Positions 1-11,000 of a stretch of 60,535 nucleotides of DNA are shown here, piece by piece. This DNA comes from Mycobacterium phage phiGD23-1: the sequence record MW314855.1. One strand, written 5' to 3'. The translations under genes were made by a program, and so were the position numbers. Below the pieces are notes generated by a model. That model saw only the letters and a program-made list of their open reading frames with translations, was not told the DNA's origin and did not search any database. Every line of letters begins with the position of its first letter. Within the stretch, counting starts at the first letter, position 1.

Positions 1-40
1 CCGTCTTTTCGGCCTGTACGGGTTCCCCAGCTTTTCCGGC

Positions 41-72
41 CCCGAAACGGGGCGTCCAAGTCCCGAAACGGG
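41..72 (+). repeat. Two direct copies of CCCGAAACGGG (41-51 and 62-72), 21 bp apart, just upstream of the terminase small subunit start; candidate cos-proximal terminase recognition sites
   Basis: Exact 11-nt direct repeat read from the sequence; position at the genome end upstream of the small terminase subunit. Confidence 0.4.
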
Positions 73-75
73 AGG

Positions 76-537
76 TTGATGATGCCTGGACCCACCAAGA
101 AAGATCCGAGTCTGGTTGCTCGGCGCAATAAGACGACGACCAGGGCTGTTTTGTCTGCCGATCACGACATTGAAGCGCCCGAGCTCCCTGCGGAGATCGC
201 GTGGCATTCGATGACGAAGCGTTGGTGGGCTGATATTTGGTCGTCTCCGATGGCTCCCGAGTATGCGGAGTCGGACATCAACGGTTTGTTGCGTGTGGCG
301 ATGTTGTACAACGACTTTTGGTTGGCGGAGACAGCGAAAGAGCGGGCTGAGATTCAGGTTCGGCTCGAGAAGGCCGATGTCGACTACGGAACTAACCCGA
401 TGGCTCGGCGCCGGCTGGAATGGCAGATCGAGCAGTCGGAGGATTCGAAGGCAAAGGGACAGAAGCGCCGCGGCGTCCCCAACCCCGCCCCGATGCCAGA
501 ACCCGACTCCGATCCGCGGCTCAAGCTAGTCCAATAG
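76..537 (+). CDS. Terminase small subunit (TTG start per track)
   Basis: 153-aa ORF immediately upstream of the large terminase; first gene of the structural operon; RBS GGAGG at 71-75. Confidence 0.55.
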   Translation: MMMPGPTKKDPSLVARRNKTTTRAVLSADHDIEAPELPAEIAWHSMTKRWWADIWSSPMAPEYAESDINGLLRVAMLYNDFWLAETAKERAEIQVRLEKADVDYGTNPMARRRLEWQIEQSEDSKAKGQKRRGVPNPAPMPEPDSDPRLKLVQ

Positions 538-544
538 TCCCGCC

Positions 545-2197
545 ATGGCGGTTCTGATTGTTCCGCCGCTCGACCTGTCCTACCCGACATTGGGGCCGCA
601 GGTCTGCCAGTTCATCGAAGAGCGGATGGTGTTCGGCCCCGGATCCCTATCGGGGCAGCCGGCACGCCTCGATGACGAGAAGCGCGGCATCATCTACCGC
701 CTCTACGAGATCTACCCGCAAGGGCACCGGCTTGCGGGGCGGCGCAGGTTTCAGCGTGGAGCCATTGAGGTCCGTAAGGGGCTGGCGAAAACCGAGCTCG
801 CCGCTTGGATATCGGGTTGCGAGCTGCACCCCGAGGCTCCGGTTCGGTGCGACGGGTTCGACGCCAGCGGCAATCCGGTCGGCCGGCCCGTGGAGTCGCC
901 CGTCATTCCGATGATGGCGGTCACCGAGGAGCAGGTGGAAGAGCTCGCGTACGGCGTGCTCAAGTATGTGCTCGAAAATGGGCCTGACGCGGAACTGTTC
1001 GTGATCACTAAAGAGAAGATCATCCGAAAGGGCTGGAACGGAACCGAAGACGGCTTTGTCGTCGCGGTATCCAACGCCCCCGGATCCCGAGACGGTGCAC
1101 GAACCACCTTCCAGCACTTCGATGAACCACACCGATTGTTCATGCAGCGGATGCGGGACGCGCACGAAACGATGCTCCAGAACATGCCGAAGCGGCCCCT
1201 CGAGGATCCGTGGACGCTGTACACCTCCACCGCGGGCCAGCCGGGGCAGAACAGCATCGAAGAGGATGTTCTCGCCGAAGCGGAAGCTATCGACAAAGGT
1301 GAGGTTGACGACCCCAGCCTGTTCTTCTTCCGCCGATGGGCCGGCGACGAGCACCGCGACCTATCCACTGTGGAGAACCGGATCGCAGCCGTCGCAGACG
1401 CCACCGGCCCCGTAGGGGAGTGGGGCGTCGGCCAGTTTGAGCGGATCGCAAAGGACTACGACCGCAAGGGCATCGACAAAGCCTACTGGGAACGGGTGTG
1501 GCTGAATCGGTGGCGCAAATCTGGCTACCAAGCGTTCGACATGCTCAAAGTCGAATCCCTGCGCTTCGAGGACGAAGACAAACCGTGGGGTCCGATACCG
1601 GACGCCGCGTTCGTCACCGCAGGGTTTGACGGCGCGAGGTTCCGTGACGCCACTGCACTCACCATCACGGATATCGAGACCGGACGGCAGATGCTTTTGG
1701 GCTGCTGGGAGCGCCCTGAAAACGCTGAGGACTGGGAAATCCCAGAGGATGAGGTCACGGACCTAGTCACGGACATGATGTCCCGGTATGAGGTGTGGCG
1801 CATGTACTGCGACCCGCCCCACTGGACAGAAACCGTTGCTTCATGGGCGGCCCGATTCCCCGATCAAGTTGTCGAGTGGTTCACCCAACGCAAAACGCCT
1901 ATGGCCGCCGCGGTTAGGGCGTATGTCGAGGCTATCGATTCCGGGATTGTCACTTATGGCGAAAACGCCTGGCAAGAGACGCTGATCAAGCATATGGGAA
2001 ACGCTGGCAGACACGAGTTGAAGCTCCTTGACGACCAGGGAGCGCCGCTGTGGATCCTCCAGAAGCAAGACGGGCGCCTCGAGGACAAGTTCGACGCAGC
2101 AATGTCCGCGGTCCTGTCCTGGACAGCCTGTGTCGATGCTCGACGATCCGGGGCTAAGCCGCGGCCGAAATCTTATGTGCCGAGGCGCATCTACTAA
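545..2197 (+). CDS. Terminase large subunit
   Basis: 550-aa ORF in the canonical position between the small terminase and portal; size and order typical of siphovirus packaging ATPase/nuclease. Confidence 0.75.
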   Translation: MAVLIVPPLDLSYPTLGPQVCQFIEERMVFGPGSLSGQPARLDDEKRGIIYRLYEIYPQGHRLAGRRRFQRGAIEVRKGLAKTELAAWISGCELHPEAPVRCDGFDASGNPVGRPVESPVIPMMAVTEEQVEELAYGVLKYVLENGPDAELFVITKEKIIRKGWNGTEDGFVVAVSNAPGSRDGARTTFQHFDEPHRLFMQRMRDAHETMLQNMPKRPLEDPWTLYTSTAGQPGQNSIEEDVLAEAEAIDKGEVDDPSLFFFRRWAGDEHRDLSTVENRIAAVADATGPVGEWGVGQFERIAKDYDRKGIDKAYWERVWLNRWRKSGYQAFDMLKVESLRFEDEDKPWGPIPDAAFVTAGFDGARFRDATALTITDIETGRQMLLGCWERPENAEDWEIPEDEVTDLVTDMMSRYEVWRMYCDPPHWTETVASWAARFPDQVVEWFTQRKTPMAAAVRAYVEAIDSGIVTYGENAWQETLIKHMGNAGRHELKLLDDQGAPLWILQKQDGRLEDKFDAAMSAVLSWTACVDARRSGAKPRPKSYVPRRIY

Positions 2198-3580
2198 ATG
2201 ACAGAAGGGAGTCCCATGGCGTCTACACCAGAAGAATGGCTCCCCATCCTGACCAAGCGCATCGACGACAACATGCCGCGAGTCCGGCTCCTGGACCGGT
2301 ATGTGTCCGGCGACGCACCGCTACCGGAGCAGTCGAAGAACACGAAAGCATCCTGGAAAGCGTTCCAGAAGATGTCCCGCACCAACTGGGGCATGCTGAT
2401 ACGAGACTCAGTTTCTGATCGCATCGTGCCGAACGGAATCACAGTCGACGGGTCCGCGGACTCGGAGACTGCTAAGCAGGCGCAACGCATCTACCGCGAC
2501 AACCGCATGGATGCCGTTGTGCGGCAGTGGCTCGACTACGGGCTGACCTTCCGCGATTCATACCTGACTTGCTGGCAGGGAAATGACGGCCAGGCAATAA
2601 TCACCGCCGATTCCCCCGAAACCATGTACGCCGCAGTAGATCCCCTGCAGCCTTGGCGAGTGCGTGCCGCGATCCGCTACTGGCGCGACATAGACGAAGA
2701 GAAAGACTTTGCGTTCGTTTGGGTGAACGGTGCGCGCCAGAAGTTCTCACGCCCCTGCTACGTGCAGAACATCAACTCCAAGCGCCTCATGACCAGAATC
2801 TCGGGCGGTTGGGAGCCTGAAACCGACCTGATCGAGACTGACGGCGCCCCACCTGTGGTTGTGTACACCAACCCGGGCGGTGCTGGGGTTTTCGAGACCC
2901 ATATAGATCTCATCAACCGCATCAACTCCGGCGTTCTGCAGCGCTTGTCGACGATGGCGATGCAAGCGTTCCGTCAGCGCGCTCTAAAGAAGGAGGGAGA
3001 CAAGCCCCTACCGGCGGTCGATGACAAAGGCAACGCCATCGACTATGCGGCCATCTTTGAACCAGCCCCCGGAGCGCTGTGGGATCTCCCACCAGGTGTT
3101 GACATTTGGGAATCTGCCACAACCGATGCAAGCCCCATGCTCGCCGCGTCGAAAGAAGACATCCGGCATCTCTCGGCGGCCACGAAAACGCCCCTTCCCA
3201 TGCTGATGCCCGATGGCGCAAATCAGACGGCGGAAGGCGCGATGAACACCGAGAAGGGCTTCATTTTCAAGTGTGAAGCATGCCTAGCGGTAGTGAAACT
3301 CGGCCTCGAAGCCATCATCGTTAAGGCGCTAGAGACCGAAGGTGTCGCAGACGTAGGCAATGTTGAGGTGTCATTCGAGGCGCCAGCCCGTGTGACACTC
3401 TCTGAGAAGTACTCTGCCGCAGCACAAGCGGCGGCAGCAGGGGAGCCGTGGGGCTCAATTGCGCGGAACATCCTCAAGTACTCACCCGACCAGATTGCAC
3501 AAGTCGAAAAGGATCGGGCCAAGGAAGAGGCGATGGCGCCACAAGTAGCGCCACCTGCTCCACAAGACTTCCCCCAGTAG
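2198..3580 (+). CDS. Portal protein
   Basis: 460-aa ORF after the terminase; start overlaps the terminase stop (TAAATG). Confidence 0.7.
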   Translation: MTEGSPMASTPEEWLPILTKRIDDNMPRVRLLDRYVSGDAPLPEQSKNTKASWKAFQKMSRTNWGMLIRDSVSDRIVPNGITVDGSADSETAKQAQRIYRDNRMDAVVRQWLDYGLTFRDSYLTCWQGNDGQAIITADSPETMYAAVDPLQPWRVRAAIRYWRDIDEEKDFAFVWVNGARQKFSRPCYVQNINSKRLMTRISGGWEPETDLIETDGAPPVVVYTNPGGAGVFETHIDLINRINSGVLQRLSTMAMQAFRQRALKKEGDKPLPAVDDKGNAIDYAAIFEPAPGALWDLPPGVDIWESATTDASPMLAASKEDIRHLSAATKTPLPMLMPDGANQTAEGAMNTEKGFIFKCEACLAVVKLGLEAIIVKALETEGVADVGNVEVSFEAPARVTLSEKYSAAAQAAAAGEPWGSIARNILKYSPDQIAQVEKDRAKEEAMAPQVAPPAPQDFPQ

Positions 3581-3630
3581 GGGGTTCGCCCGTACGGGCG
3601 CCACCAATGCGAAACGCAAAGGAATTTCAC

Positions 3631-4245
3631 ATGTCTGATGTGACCCCGAATGACATGCCGGGAGCCGTAACGGAACCGGGCGAACCAGAAGGAACCGTAG
3701 ACGCCATCAAGGCGCCGAAATCCGAAGCCAAAACCGATGGTTTGACCGCTGAGGAACGGCAAGAGCTGGACAGACTTCGCGCCACCCGCGTTGAGGAACG
3801 ACGCTGGGAAAAGCGCGCGAAGGAAAACTACGACGACGCCACCAAGTGGCGTGAGCTCATCGAGAAGAGCGGCGGAGACAAGAAAGAGTTCGACCCAAGG
3901 GCCGAAATCGACAAGATCCGAGCCGAACTGACCACCGAACGCACCGAACGGTTGCGATCAGAGGTCGCCAGAACCACCGGAGTTGACCCTGAGGACATCA
4001 AGGGCGGCACCGAAGAAGAGATGCGCGAATCCGCCGAACGGTGGAAGGTGCGTTTCAACGCTCGACTCGAAGAAGCGATCAAGTCGAAGTCCGCACCGGC
4101 CGCAGCGCCGGCAGCCGAGGTTACTTCAGACAAGAAAGTCACCGGTCCCAAGCAGTTGACCCGTGATGACCTCAAAAACATGTCCCCCAAGGCGATTCGA
4201 GAAGCCCGCGAGAGCGGGCAGCTCGACGAGCTGATGGGGAAGTAA
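3631..4245 (+). CDS. Scaffolding protein
   Basis: 204-aa highly charged E/R/K-rich coiled-coil-like protein between portal and capsid; ATG at 3631 preceded by AAAGGAA RBS, internal to track ORF 3448..4245. Confidence 0.55.
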   Translation: MSDVTPNDMPGAVTEPGEPEGTVDAIKAPKSEAKTDGLTAEERQELDRLRATRVEERRWEKRAKENYDDATKWRELIEKSGGDKKEFDPRAEIDKIRAELTTERTERLRSEVARTTGVDPEDIKGGTEEEMRESAERWKVRFNARLEEAIKSKSAPAAAPAAEVTSDKKVTGPKQLTRDDLKNMSPKAIREARESGQLDELMGK

Positions 4246-4266
4246 GCATAGGAAGGAGCCAGTCAG

Positions 4267-5097
4267 ATGGCTGTTACCCATTTCATCCCCGAAATCTGGT
4301 CGTCCTACATTCTTGAGCGCTACATGGCCAAGAATGTGTTCGCCTCCCTCGTTGACCGCAAGTACGAAGGTGAAGCCCGCAAGGGCAACACCATCCACAT
4401 CCCCGGTGTGGTCGCCCCGGCGGTCAAGGACTACAAGGCGGCTAGCCGCACCACGTCGGCAGACGCCATCAGCGACACCGGAATCGACATCCTGATCGAT
4501 CAGGAGAAGAACTTCGACTTCTACGTCGACGACATCGACAACGCGCAGTCGAACGAAAACCTGCTGCCGCTGTACACCGACGCCGCCGGTGACTCGCTGG
4601 CCACCGACGCCGACCAGTTCATCGCCAACCTGCTTGTCGCCAACGCCACCGGCATGCCATGGTCGTCCAACCCCACCACGGGAGATGGCGCGTTCAACGT
4701 CGTCAAGGACGCCCGCAAGCTGATGAACAAGGCCAACGTTCCTGACGACGATCTGCGTGTCGCGGTTGTGAACGCCGAGTTCGAAGCCTTGCTGGTCGGT
4801 GCTGATTCGAAGCTCACCAGCTTCGATTCGTCCGGCGACACCGCTGGTCTGCGCAACGCCACTGTTGGAAAGCTGCTCGGATTCCGTGTGGTTACCTCGA
4901 ACAACCTGCCTGAGTCTGACTCGCCGCAGGCCGTGTTCTTCCACCAGCGTGCCGCAGCGTTCGTGTCTCAGATTGACGAGGTCGAAGGCATGCGCGCACA
5001 GGACAAGTTCGCCGACCGCATCCGCGGCCTGCATGTGTACGGCGGCAAGGTCGTTCAGGCCCCCGGCGTGCTCGTCTTCAACCGGGCCGGCAGCTAG
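4267..5097 (+). CDS. Major capsid protein
   Basis: 276-aa ORF after the scaffold gene, strong RBS GGAAGGAG upstream; position in head module. Confidence 0.6.
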   Translation: MAVTHFIPEIWSSYILERYMAKNVFASLVDRKYEGEARKGNTIHIPGVVAPAVKDYKAASRTTSADAISDTGIDILIDQEKNFDFYVDDIDNAQSNENLLPLYTDAAGDSLATDADQFIANLLVANATGMPWSSNPTTGDGAFNVVKDARKLMNKANVPDDDLRVAVVNAEFEALLVGADSKLTSFDSSGDTAGLRNATVGKLLGFRVVTSNNLPESDSPQAVFFHQRAAAFVSQIDEVEGMRAQDKFADRIRGLHVYGGKVVQAPGVLVFNRAGS

Positions 5098-5669
5098 TGC
5101 TGGCATCTCCCGCTGACGTCGCCCACGCCCTAGGGCTGGAAGACGAGAACGAGCTCACCGCCTCCCAGCAGGCCCGTGTCGAGGGCCTGCTGGAGAGGGT
5201 GTCTCGAAGGTTTCAGCGGGAGGCCGGACGAACCCTGACCGCAGGGGCGGTGACCGTGCGTGCACTCACGGTGGAGGGCCGGGTACATCTACCGGACCCC
5301 CCGTCTGGAGACACTGTTACGGTCACCGACCTCTGTGGTAACACGCTCGAAGGTGTCATCGAGGGCGACTACGTTGATGTCACCCGCAACGGGTGCCCTG
5401 TCGCCACGGGTGAAATCCTTGTCGTCGAATACACCCGAGATGAGCCGCCCCAGGCCGCAATAGATGCGGTAGCGGCGATGGTCGCGCGCCACCTCACGGT
5501 GGAACCCGGTTCACCCGAATCGAAGTCCACCGACCTCACCGCGGGCGCGGATTTTCGGCAGCGTCTTGCCGACTGGGTGTCTGACACATCCTTGTTCACC
5601 GACGAGGAACTAGCGGAGGCGAGAAGCTACCGCTACCCCGTCCCTAATGTGATCATCCACCGCCTGTGA
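5097..5669 (+). CDS. Head-to-tail adaptor/connector
   Basis: Position after the capsid gene; overlapping start/stop with neighbours. Confidence 0.45.
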   Translation: MLASPADVAHALGLEDENELTASQQARVEGLLERVSRRFQREAGRTLTAGAVTVRALTVEGRVHLPDPPSGDTVTVTDLCGNTLEGVIEGDYVDVTRNGCPVATGEILVVEYTRDEPPQAAIDAVAAMVARHLTVEPGSPESKSTDLTAGADFRQRLADWVSDTSLFTDEELAEARSYRYPVPNVIIHRL

Positions 5670-6001
5670 CCTTCGAATCACTGGCCAGGATCCCGGTCAC
5701 GTACACCCCATACACGGGTGTCACTCAGGATTCCCTAGGGAACGATGTTCCCTCATTCGGCCCCACAGTGGACCTGAAGGCGTACTCGTATGCCCCGCAC
5801 CGGACTGAAGACACGGACGGGCACACCTCACGCGATATCGCAGAAGTCGATCTAGCCATGCCCCCCATGACCGTTGATCTGATGTCCCGATTCGGGATCA
5901 ATGGGAAAACCTACGAGGTGGTGGGTGAACGCGACGAAACAGGCGGATTCCACGGCTGGAAGCCAGGAATCATCGTCGAGCTGAAAAGGGTGACCGGATA
6001 G
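5666..6001 (+). CDS. Head-to-tail connector (GTG start)
   Basis: GTGA overlap with upstream stop; synteny. Confidence 0.4.
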   Translation: MTFESLARIPVTYTPYTGVTQDSLGNDVPSFGPTVDLKAYSYAPHRTEDTDGHTSRDIAEVDLAMPPMTVDLMSRFGINGKTYEVVGERDETGGFHGWKPGIIVELKRVTG

Positions 6002-6267
6002 TGGCCAAGTTCAGGCTGAATCGTAAGGCGCAGAGCGAATTGACGAAGGAAATCGTCGAGAAGGTCTGCGTTCCCATGATGCAGCGGGTCGCTGACGCCT
6101 GCAACCAAGAAGCGGGACTGGAAGACGGTTTCCGCGTCTCGGTAGAAGGCGATGATCCTTTGGATAAGCGCGACTACCGGGCAACAGCTATCGCCGCAAC
6201 GGCAGAGGCCATCCGGTACGACCACAAGCACGACGCACTGCTACACAACTTTGGCGAGGCTGGCTGA
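6001..6267 (+). CDS. Head-to-tail connector / head closure
   Basis: Synteny, coupled starts. Confidence 0.4.
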   Translation: MAKFRLNRKAQSELTKEIVEKVCVPMMQRVADACNQEAGLEDGFRVSVEGDDPLDKRDYRATAIAATAEAIRYDHKHDALLHNFGEAG

Positions 6268-6644
6268 TGTTCGCCTACCACGCCCAAGTGGTCAGGGACT
6301 GGCTGGACGAAAACATGCCGGTTCGGGTGTCCACTGACGTGCCGAAAACGCGCCCAGCGCAGCTGATCACAATCGATTCAGCGCCAATCTCTAGCGGATA
6401 CTCGGGAACCAAAGCCCGCGTACTCGCACGGCGCCGACTGATCATCTACTCATGGGGCGCCAACGAACTGGACGCATACAACCTGATCGAGCAGACGCGT
6501 GAATGGCTCCTCAAACTCCCCGGCAAGGGCCGCGGAGTGCACGCTGTAGACATCGCAGGGGAACCTGCCCGCCGCGATGACATCGAAAGCGAAACGCGAC
6601 GGTTCGTGATGACCGTCGATGTATTAATGCGTTCAAATCCCTGA
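6267..6644 (+). CDS. Tail terminator / neck protein
   Basis: Synteny immediately before the major tail gene. Confidence 0.4.
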   Translation: MFAYHAQVVRDWLDENMPVRVSTDVPKTRPAQLITIDSAPISSGYSGTKARVLARRRLIIYSWGANELDAYNLIEQTREWLLKLPGKGRGVHAVDIAGEPARRDDIESETRRFVMTVDVLMRSNP

Positions 6645-6710
6645 ATTTACAACTAAATACACCCTTTCAAAGGCTCGGCTGCACCGATCTGCTTCTGAAA
6701 GGGGCACATC

Positions 6711-7298
6711 ATGGCTGAAGAAGTCGGCAACGTTTTCGCCGCAGAGCCGTCCGCCGCTGGGGCCGCGTTCGTCGCCCCGCTCGGAACTACCCTCCCAACC
6801 AGTGTCGACGGAGTGCTCGATGCCGCGTTCGTCGGTCTTGGGTATGTCGGCGAGGACGGTATCACTGAAACATCGGAGCGGTCCACCGATGAGAAGAAAG
6901 ACATGGGTGGCCGCATCGTCAAGGTGCTGCAGACCGAGTACAACCACTCGTTCAAATTCGTCCTCCTGGAATCGCTGAATGCCGATGTCCTCAAGGCGAT
7001 CTACGGTGCTTCAAACGTCACCGTCACCCCCGCTGACGGTACTCACGGCACCCAGGTGAAGGTCCGCAAGACCAGCAAGAAGCTGCCCCACCAGACGTGG
7101 GTGTTCGACACCATCGACTCGGAGCTGTCCGCGAAGTACCGCAACTGCGTCGCAGACGGGCAGGTCATCTCTGTTGGTGATGTGACCTTGGCTAGCAAGG
7201 ACACCATCGAATACGAGGTGGAACTGAAGGTCTTCGAGTCGTCCACCGGTGAATACGTGACCACGTACACCGACGACGGGCGGATCGCGGGCTCCTAA
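6711..7298 (+). CDS. Major tail protein
   Basis: 195-aa ORF after an intergenic gap with RBS; followed by a strong stem-loop; precedes the chaperone pair and tape measure. Confidence 0.6.
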   Translation: MAEEVGNVFAAEPSAAGAAFVAPLGTTLPTSVDGVLDAAFVGLGYVGEDGITETSERSTDEKKDMGGRIVKVLQTEYNHSFKFVLLESLNADVLKAIYGASNVTVTPADGTHGTQVKVRKTSKKLPHQTWVFDTIDSELSAKYRNCVADGQVISVGDVTLASKDTIEYEVELKVFESSTGEYVTTYTDDGRIAGS

Positions 7299-7303
7299 TA
7301 GAC

Positions 7304-7346
7304 GCGGCGGGGCCGAATTCCCCTGCAGCCGAGCGCGGCCCCGCCG
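7304..7346 (+). terminator. Stem-loop after the major tail gene: GCGGCGGGGCCG (7304-7315) pairs with CGGCCCCGCCGC (7335-7346), loop about 19 nt, no clear U-tract
   Basis: 12-bp perfect inverted repeat seen in the sequence; a terminator or attenuator after the major tail gene is a common phage arrangement. Confidence 0.5.
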
Positions 7347-7392
7347 CTCTCCAAGCGCTACGGCTGCACACAAACCCCTTGAAAGGGCGCTC

Positions 7393-7659
7393 ATGGCTGC
7401 AAAAAACGCAACACCCTACGTCCACATCGTGGAAATCGAAGGCGTCGAAAAGAAGATCAACCTCAAACCCTTCGGGTCCGTTCCATCCGGTGTCATTCGG
7501 CGAAACCGCAAGAACCCCGAAGAGGGTATGTGGGAAATCTTTGAGTGGGGCGCGGTCTCGGAAGCCGATCTTGCTGTGTTCGACGAGCTGCCCCTAACTG
7601 AGGTGGAAGACCTTTTCACCGCCTGGCAGGAGGCCGGACAGGTCACCGTGGGGGAATAG
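7393..7659 (+). CDS. Tail assembly chaperone (G-like)
   Basis: 88-aa ORF directly upstream of the tape measure; paired with an overlapping -1 frame ORF. Confidence 0.6.
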   Translation: MAAKNATPYVHIVEIEGVEKKINLKPFGSVPSGVIRRNRKNPEEGMWEIFEWGAVSEADLAVFDELPLTEVEDLFTAWQEAGQVTVGE

Positions 7660-8087
7660 TCGCGCTTCTCGACCTCATCGAGAAGCATGGCACCGCACTA
7701 GAATACGACCTGATCAAAGACGGGCTACGCCTACGTGACTGCCCGTCTGACGAATTCAACTGGCGCGATCTGTGGGTGTATGTCAATCACCCGGAAGAGA
7801 CAAGCGCGCTATGGAAGTCCAGGAACCCGAAGTATGCGGGCTGGACTCTGACTACCCGCCTTCTGGCGATTATCGCCAATGCGCTGCGCTGGCTGGTGTG
7901 GGCGAAAACCAAGGACGGACACCGTAACCGGAACCGTCCGGTGCCAATCGGCCCTGATATGGGCGATCAGCAGTCACGCCCCGGCCTGAAAGTCAAAGCC
8001 GCGCCCCTCTCGAAGGTCAAAGAGCTACTCGGCCTTTCAGGCGAAGAGCGGCGCGAGAAGAAACTGCGAAACCTGTTCGGAAATTAG
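7393..8087 (+). CDS. Tail assembly chaperone frameshift fusion (G-T-like), made by a -1 shift near the G-rich run GTGGGGGAATAG at about 7648-7659
   Basis: The -1 frame (ORF track 7776..8087) stays open upstream back past 7620 and overlaps the end of 7393..7659; conserved G/GT arrangement upstream of tape measure genes. Confidence 0.45.
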
Positions 8088-8097
8088 GAGGTGACAC

Positions 8098-11000
8098 ATG
8101 GCTGTTGAACTTTCATCGGGATATGTGTCGGCCACCGTCAGGTTCGATGGGGTCAACAGGGGCATCAGCAAGCTCTTTGACAACGTCCAGAAGCAGGCAG
8201 TCAGCGCGGGAAAGAGGACCGGCTCCGCATACGCTAAAGCCCTTGCCGACGAGGCGAAAACCGCTGCGGATCAAGTTAAAAAGATCTCCGAAACGGTCGC
8301 TAAGTCTCGCGACAAGGAAGCCGACGCCGCAGGCAAGCTCAAGGTGGCCCTTGAGAAGCTGAATGAGGCGCGCGAGGCGGGAACCAAGGGTTCAAAGCTC
8401 ACCGCCTTATCGGAAGCCCACGCGTCCGCCCTCCGCAAGCAGCAGTCTGCAGCGAGTGATCTCGCGAAAGAGCTAGACGGGCTCTCGCGCGCCCAGAAGC
8501 GCTCCGAGACGGCCCAACTCTCGATCAACAAGGCGCCGAGGCCCATACGTAGCCGTGTAACTCAACTACTTTCCGGCTCTTCGGATGCCGCGGGGCGTGA
8601 AGGCGGCTTAGCGGGGCGTAGGTTCGGCGACTCGTTCTCCAACTCCTTGCGTACCACGGGAATCGTCGCAGCTGGCACAGCGGTGGGCAATTTGGCTGCC
8701 AACGCGATGACGAAAGCTGCGAGCCTGGCCACAAGCGGTGTTTCGGCGATTGTCACCAAGGGCCTGGACTTCGAGAAGACCATGAACACCCTTTCGGGTG
8801 TTACCGGGGCCTCCACGGATGTCATGCAGCGATTCCGCGACACGGCCAAGGCCCTCGGCAACGACATGACCCTGTCGAACACCTCCGCAGCTGATGCCGC
8901 ACAGGCCATGACAGAGCTGGCAAAAGCTGGCTTCTCAGTGGATGAGTCGATCGCCGCCGCCAAGGGCACCCTGCAGTTGGCTGCCGCCGCCCAAGTTACC
9001 GCCGGACAGGCCGCGGAAATCCAAGCCAACGCGCTTCAAGCGTTCGGGCTCAAGGCCGATTACGCCTCCAAGGCGGCAGATGTGCTGTCAAACGCCGCAA
9101 ATGCATCCTCGGCAGAGATCACCGATGTTGCTTTCGCTCTTCAGGCCGGCGGTTCTGTCGCACGCCAGACGGGAGTGTCCTTGGAGGACACTGCGGCGAG
9201 CATCGCACTGCTTGCCAATAACGGAATTAAGGGTAGCGACGCCGGAACTCTGTTGAAATCAGCGCTTTTGAAGCTATCGGCGCCGAGTGACCAAGCCGCA
9301 GGAGCGCTGCAAGAGCTGGGCGTGAGCGCCTTCGACGCGCAGGGCAATTTCGTCGGCATGGAAGCCCTATTCGGGCAGCTACAGGCCGCATCCAAGCGTA
9401 TGACGCCCGAAATGTACGCGATGAACACCTCTATCGCGTTCGGATCGGACGCCGCACGCCTGGCAGGTGTGGCCGCAAAGGATGGCGCTGCCGGCTTCGA
9501 CAAAATGCGCGACGCCATGAACCAGGAGGGTTCAGCGGCCAAGCTTGCCGCCGCCCAAAACCAGGGTCTTCCGGGCGTCATCGAACGACTGAAGAACGCT
9601 GCGGAAACGCTGGCAATCACCCTGTTTGAGAAGATTCAAGGCCCTCTGTCGAGCATCGGTGATGGCCTGACGGGGTTCACAAACAAGATGCAAGACGCAT
9701 TTGAGAACCCCGCAGTGAGCCAAGCCGCGGGCAATATCGGGGCTGCCCTGTCGAGCATCGGCACAGCCTTCGGGAACGTCCTATCCGCAGTAGGGCCCTC
9801 ACTTGTGAGTGGGCTATCCGATGCGGTCAACCTGATTGTCCGGTTCAAGGATTTCCTCATCCCGCTGGTGGCGGGATTGGCTGCTTACAAGACGGTAATG
9901 CTGGCCATCACGATCGCAACCAAGGCGTGGGCAGCTGTCCAAGCCCTGCTGAACATTGCACTCACCGCCAACCCGATCGGCCTGATTATCGCTGCCATCG
10001 CCGGTTTGGTGGCAGGAATCGTCCTGCTATACAACCGGAATGAGACGTTCCGCAAGATAGTTCAGGTCACCTGGGCTGCCATCAAAAACGTCATCGGCGC
10101 CGTGTGGGGATGGTTGTCGACCACCGTATTCCCAGGCCTCAAGGCTGCGTTCACGGTCATAGGGGCTGCGGCAACGTGGTTGTGGAACAACGCAATCACC
10201 CCTGCCTGGAACGGCATCAAGGAAGTTATCGGCCTTGCCTGGGAGGTCGCTTCCGATCTGTTCGACAACTGGAAGCGCGCAATGAACCTGCTTGGCCAGG
10301 GCGCCCTATGGCTATGGAACAACGCGATTTCGCCCGCCTGGGAGGGCATCAAGACCGCAATCAGCGCGGCATGGAACTTCGTATCACCCATCTTGGACAA
10401 ATTCTCCTCGGGATGGGACGCCCTCAAGTCTGGCATCACGGGTGCCTCAAGTGCCATCAAAGATGCCGTCACATCAGCCTTCTCTGGACTGGCCGCGGTC
10501 ATAAAGGCACCCCTCAAGGTTCTGGGAACATTCCTGGCGGCCATCCCATCTGAGGTGTTCGGGTTCCAGATCCCCGGCGCCGACAAGCTGAATTCATGGG
10601 GCAAGACCCTGCAGGGCTTCGCGTCCGGCGGCCTCGTCCGCGGACCAGGTTCCGGCACCTCAGATTCCATCCTGGCGTGGCTGTCCAATGGCGAAGGCGT
10701 CGTTACCGCCAAGGGTATGCAGAACGGTGGCGCGGGCATAGTCGCGGCCCTTAACTCGGGCTGGGTGCCGTCCGCCGCTTATCTACACGACATGATGCGC
10801 GCCCCTGGATATGCGCAGGGACTCAACCCTGGGGCCGACTATCTGCGATCGATGGTCATGAAGATGTGGCCGCAGATCAAGAACATTTATGGCCGGCGTG
10901 CGGAAGACGGATATGGCGAGCACTCCTCCGGCAACGCCATCGACATCATGATCCCGGACTACAACTCGCCGCAAGGTATGGCACTTGGCAACACCATTGC

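Noticed and set aside
647-1404. Long minus-strand ORFs (647..1354, 751..1404) inside the terminase gene, and similar antisense ORFs elsewhere (for example 4126..5106, 10062..10739, 24976..25788)
   Set aside because: These are the shadow ORFs expected in about 65% GC DNA. They overlap well-supported structural genes on the opposite strand and have Arg/Pro/Ala-rich low-complexity translations.
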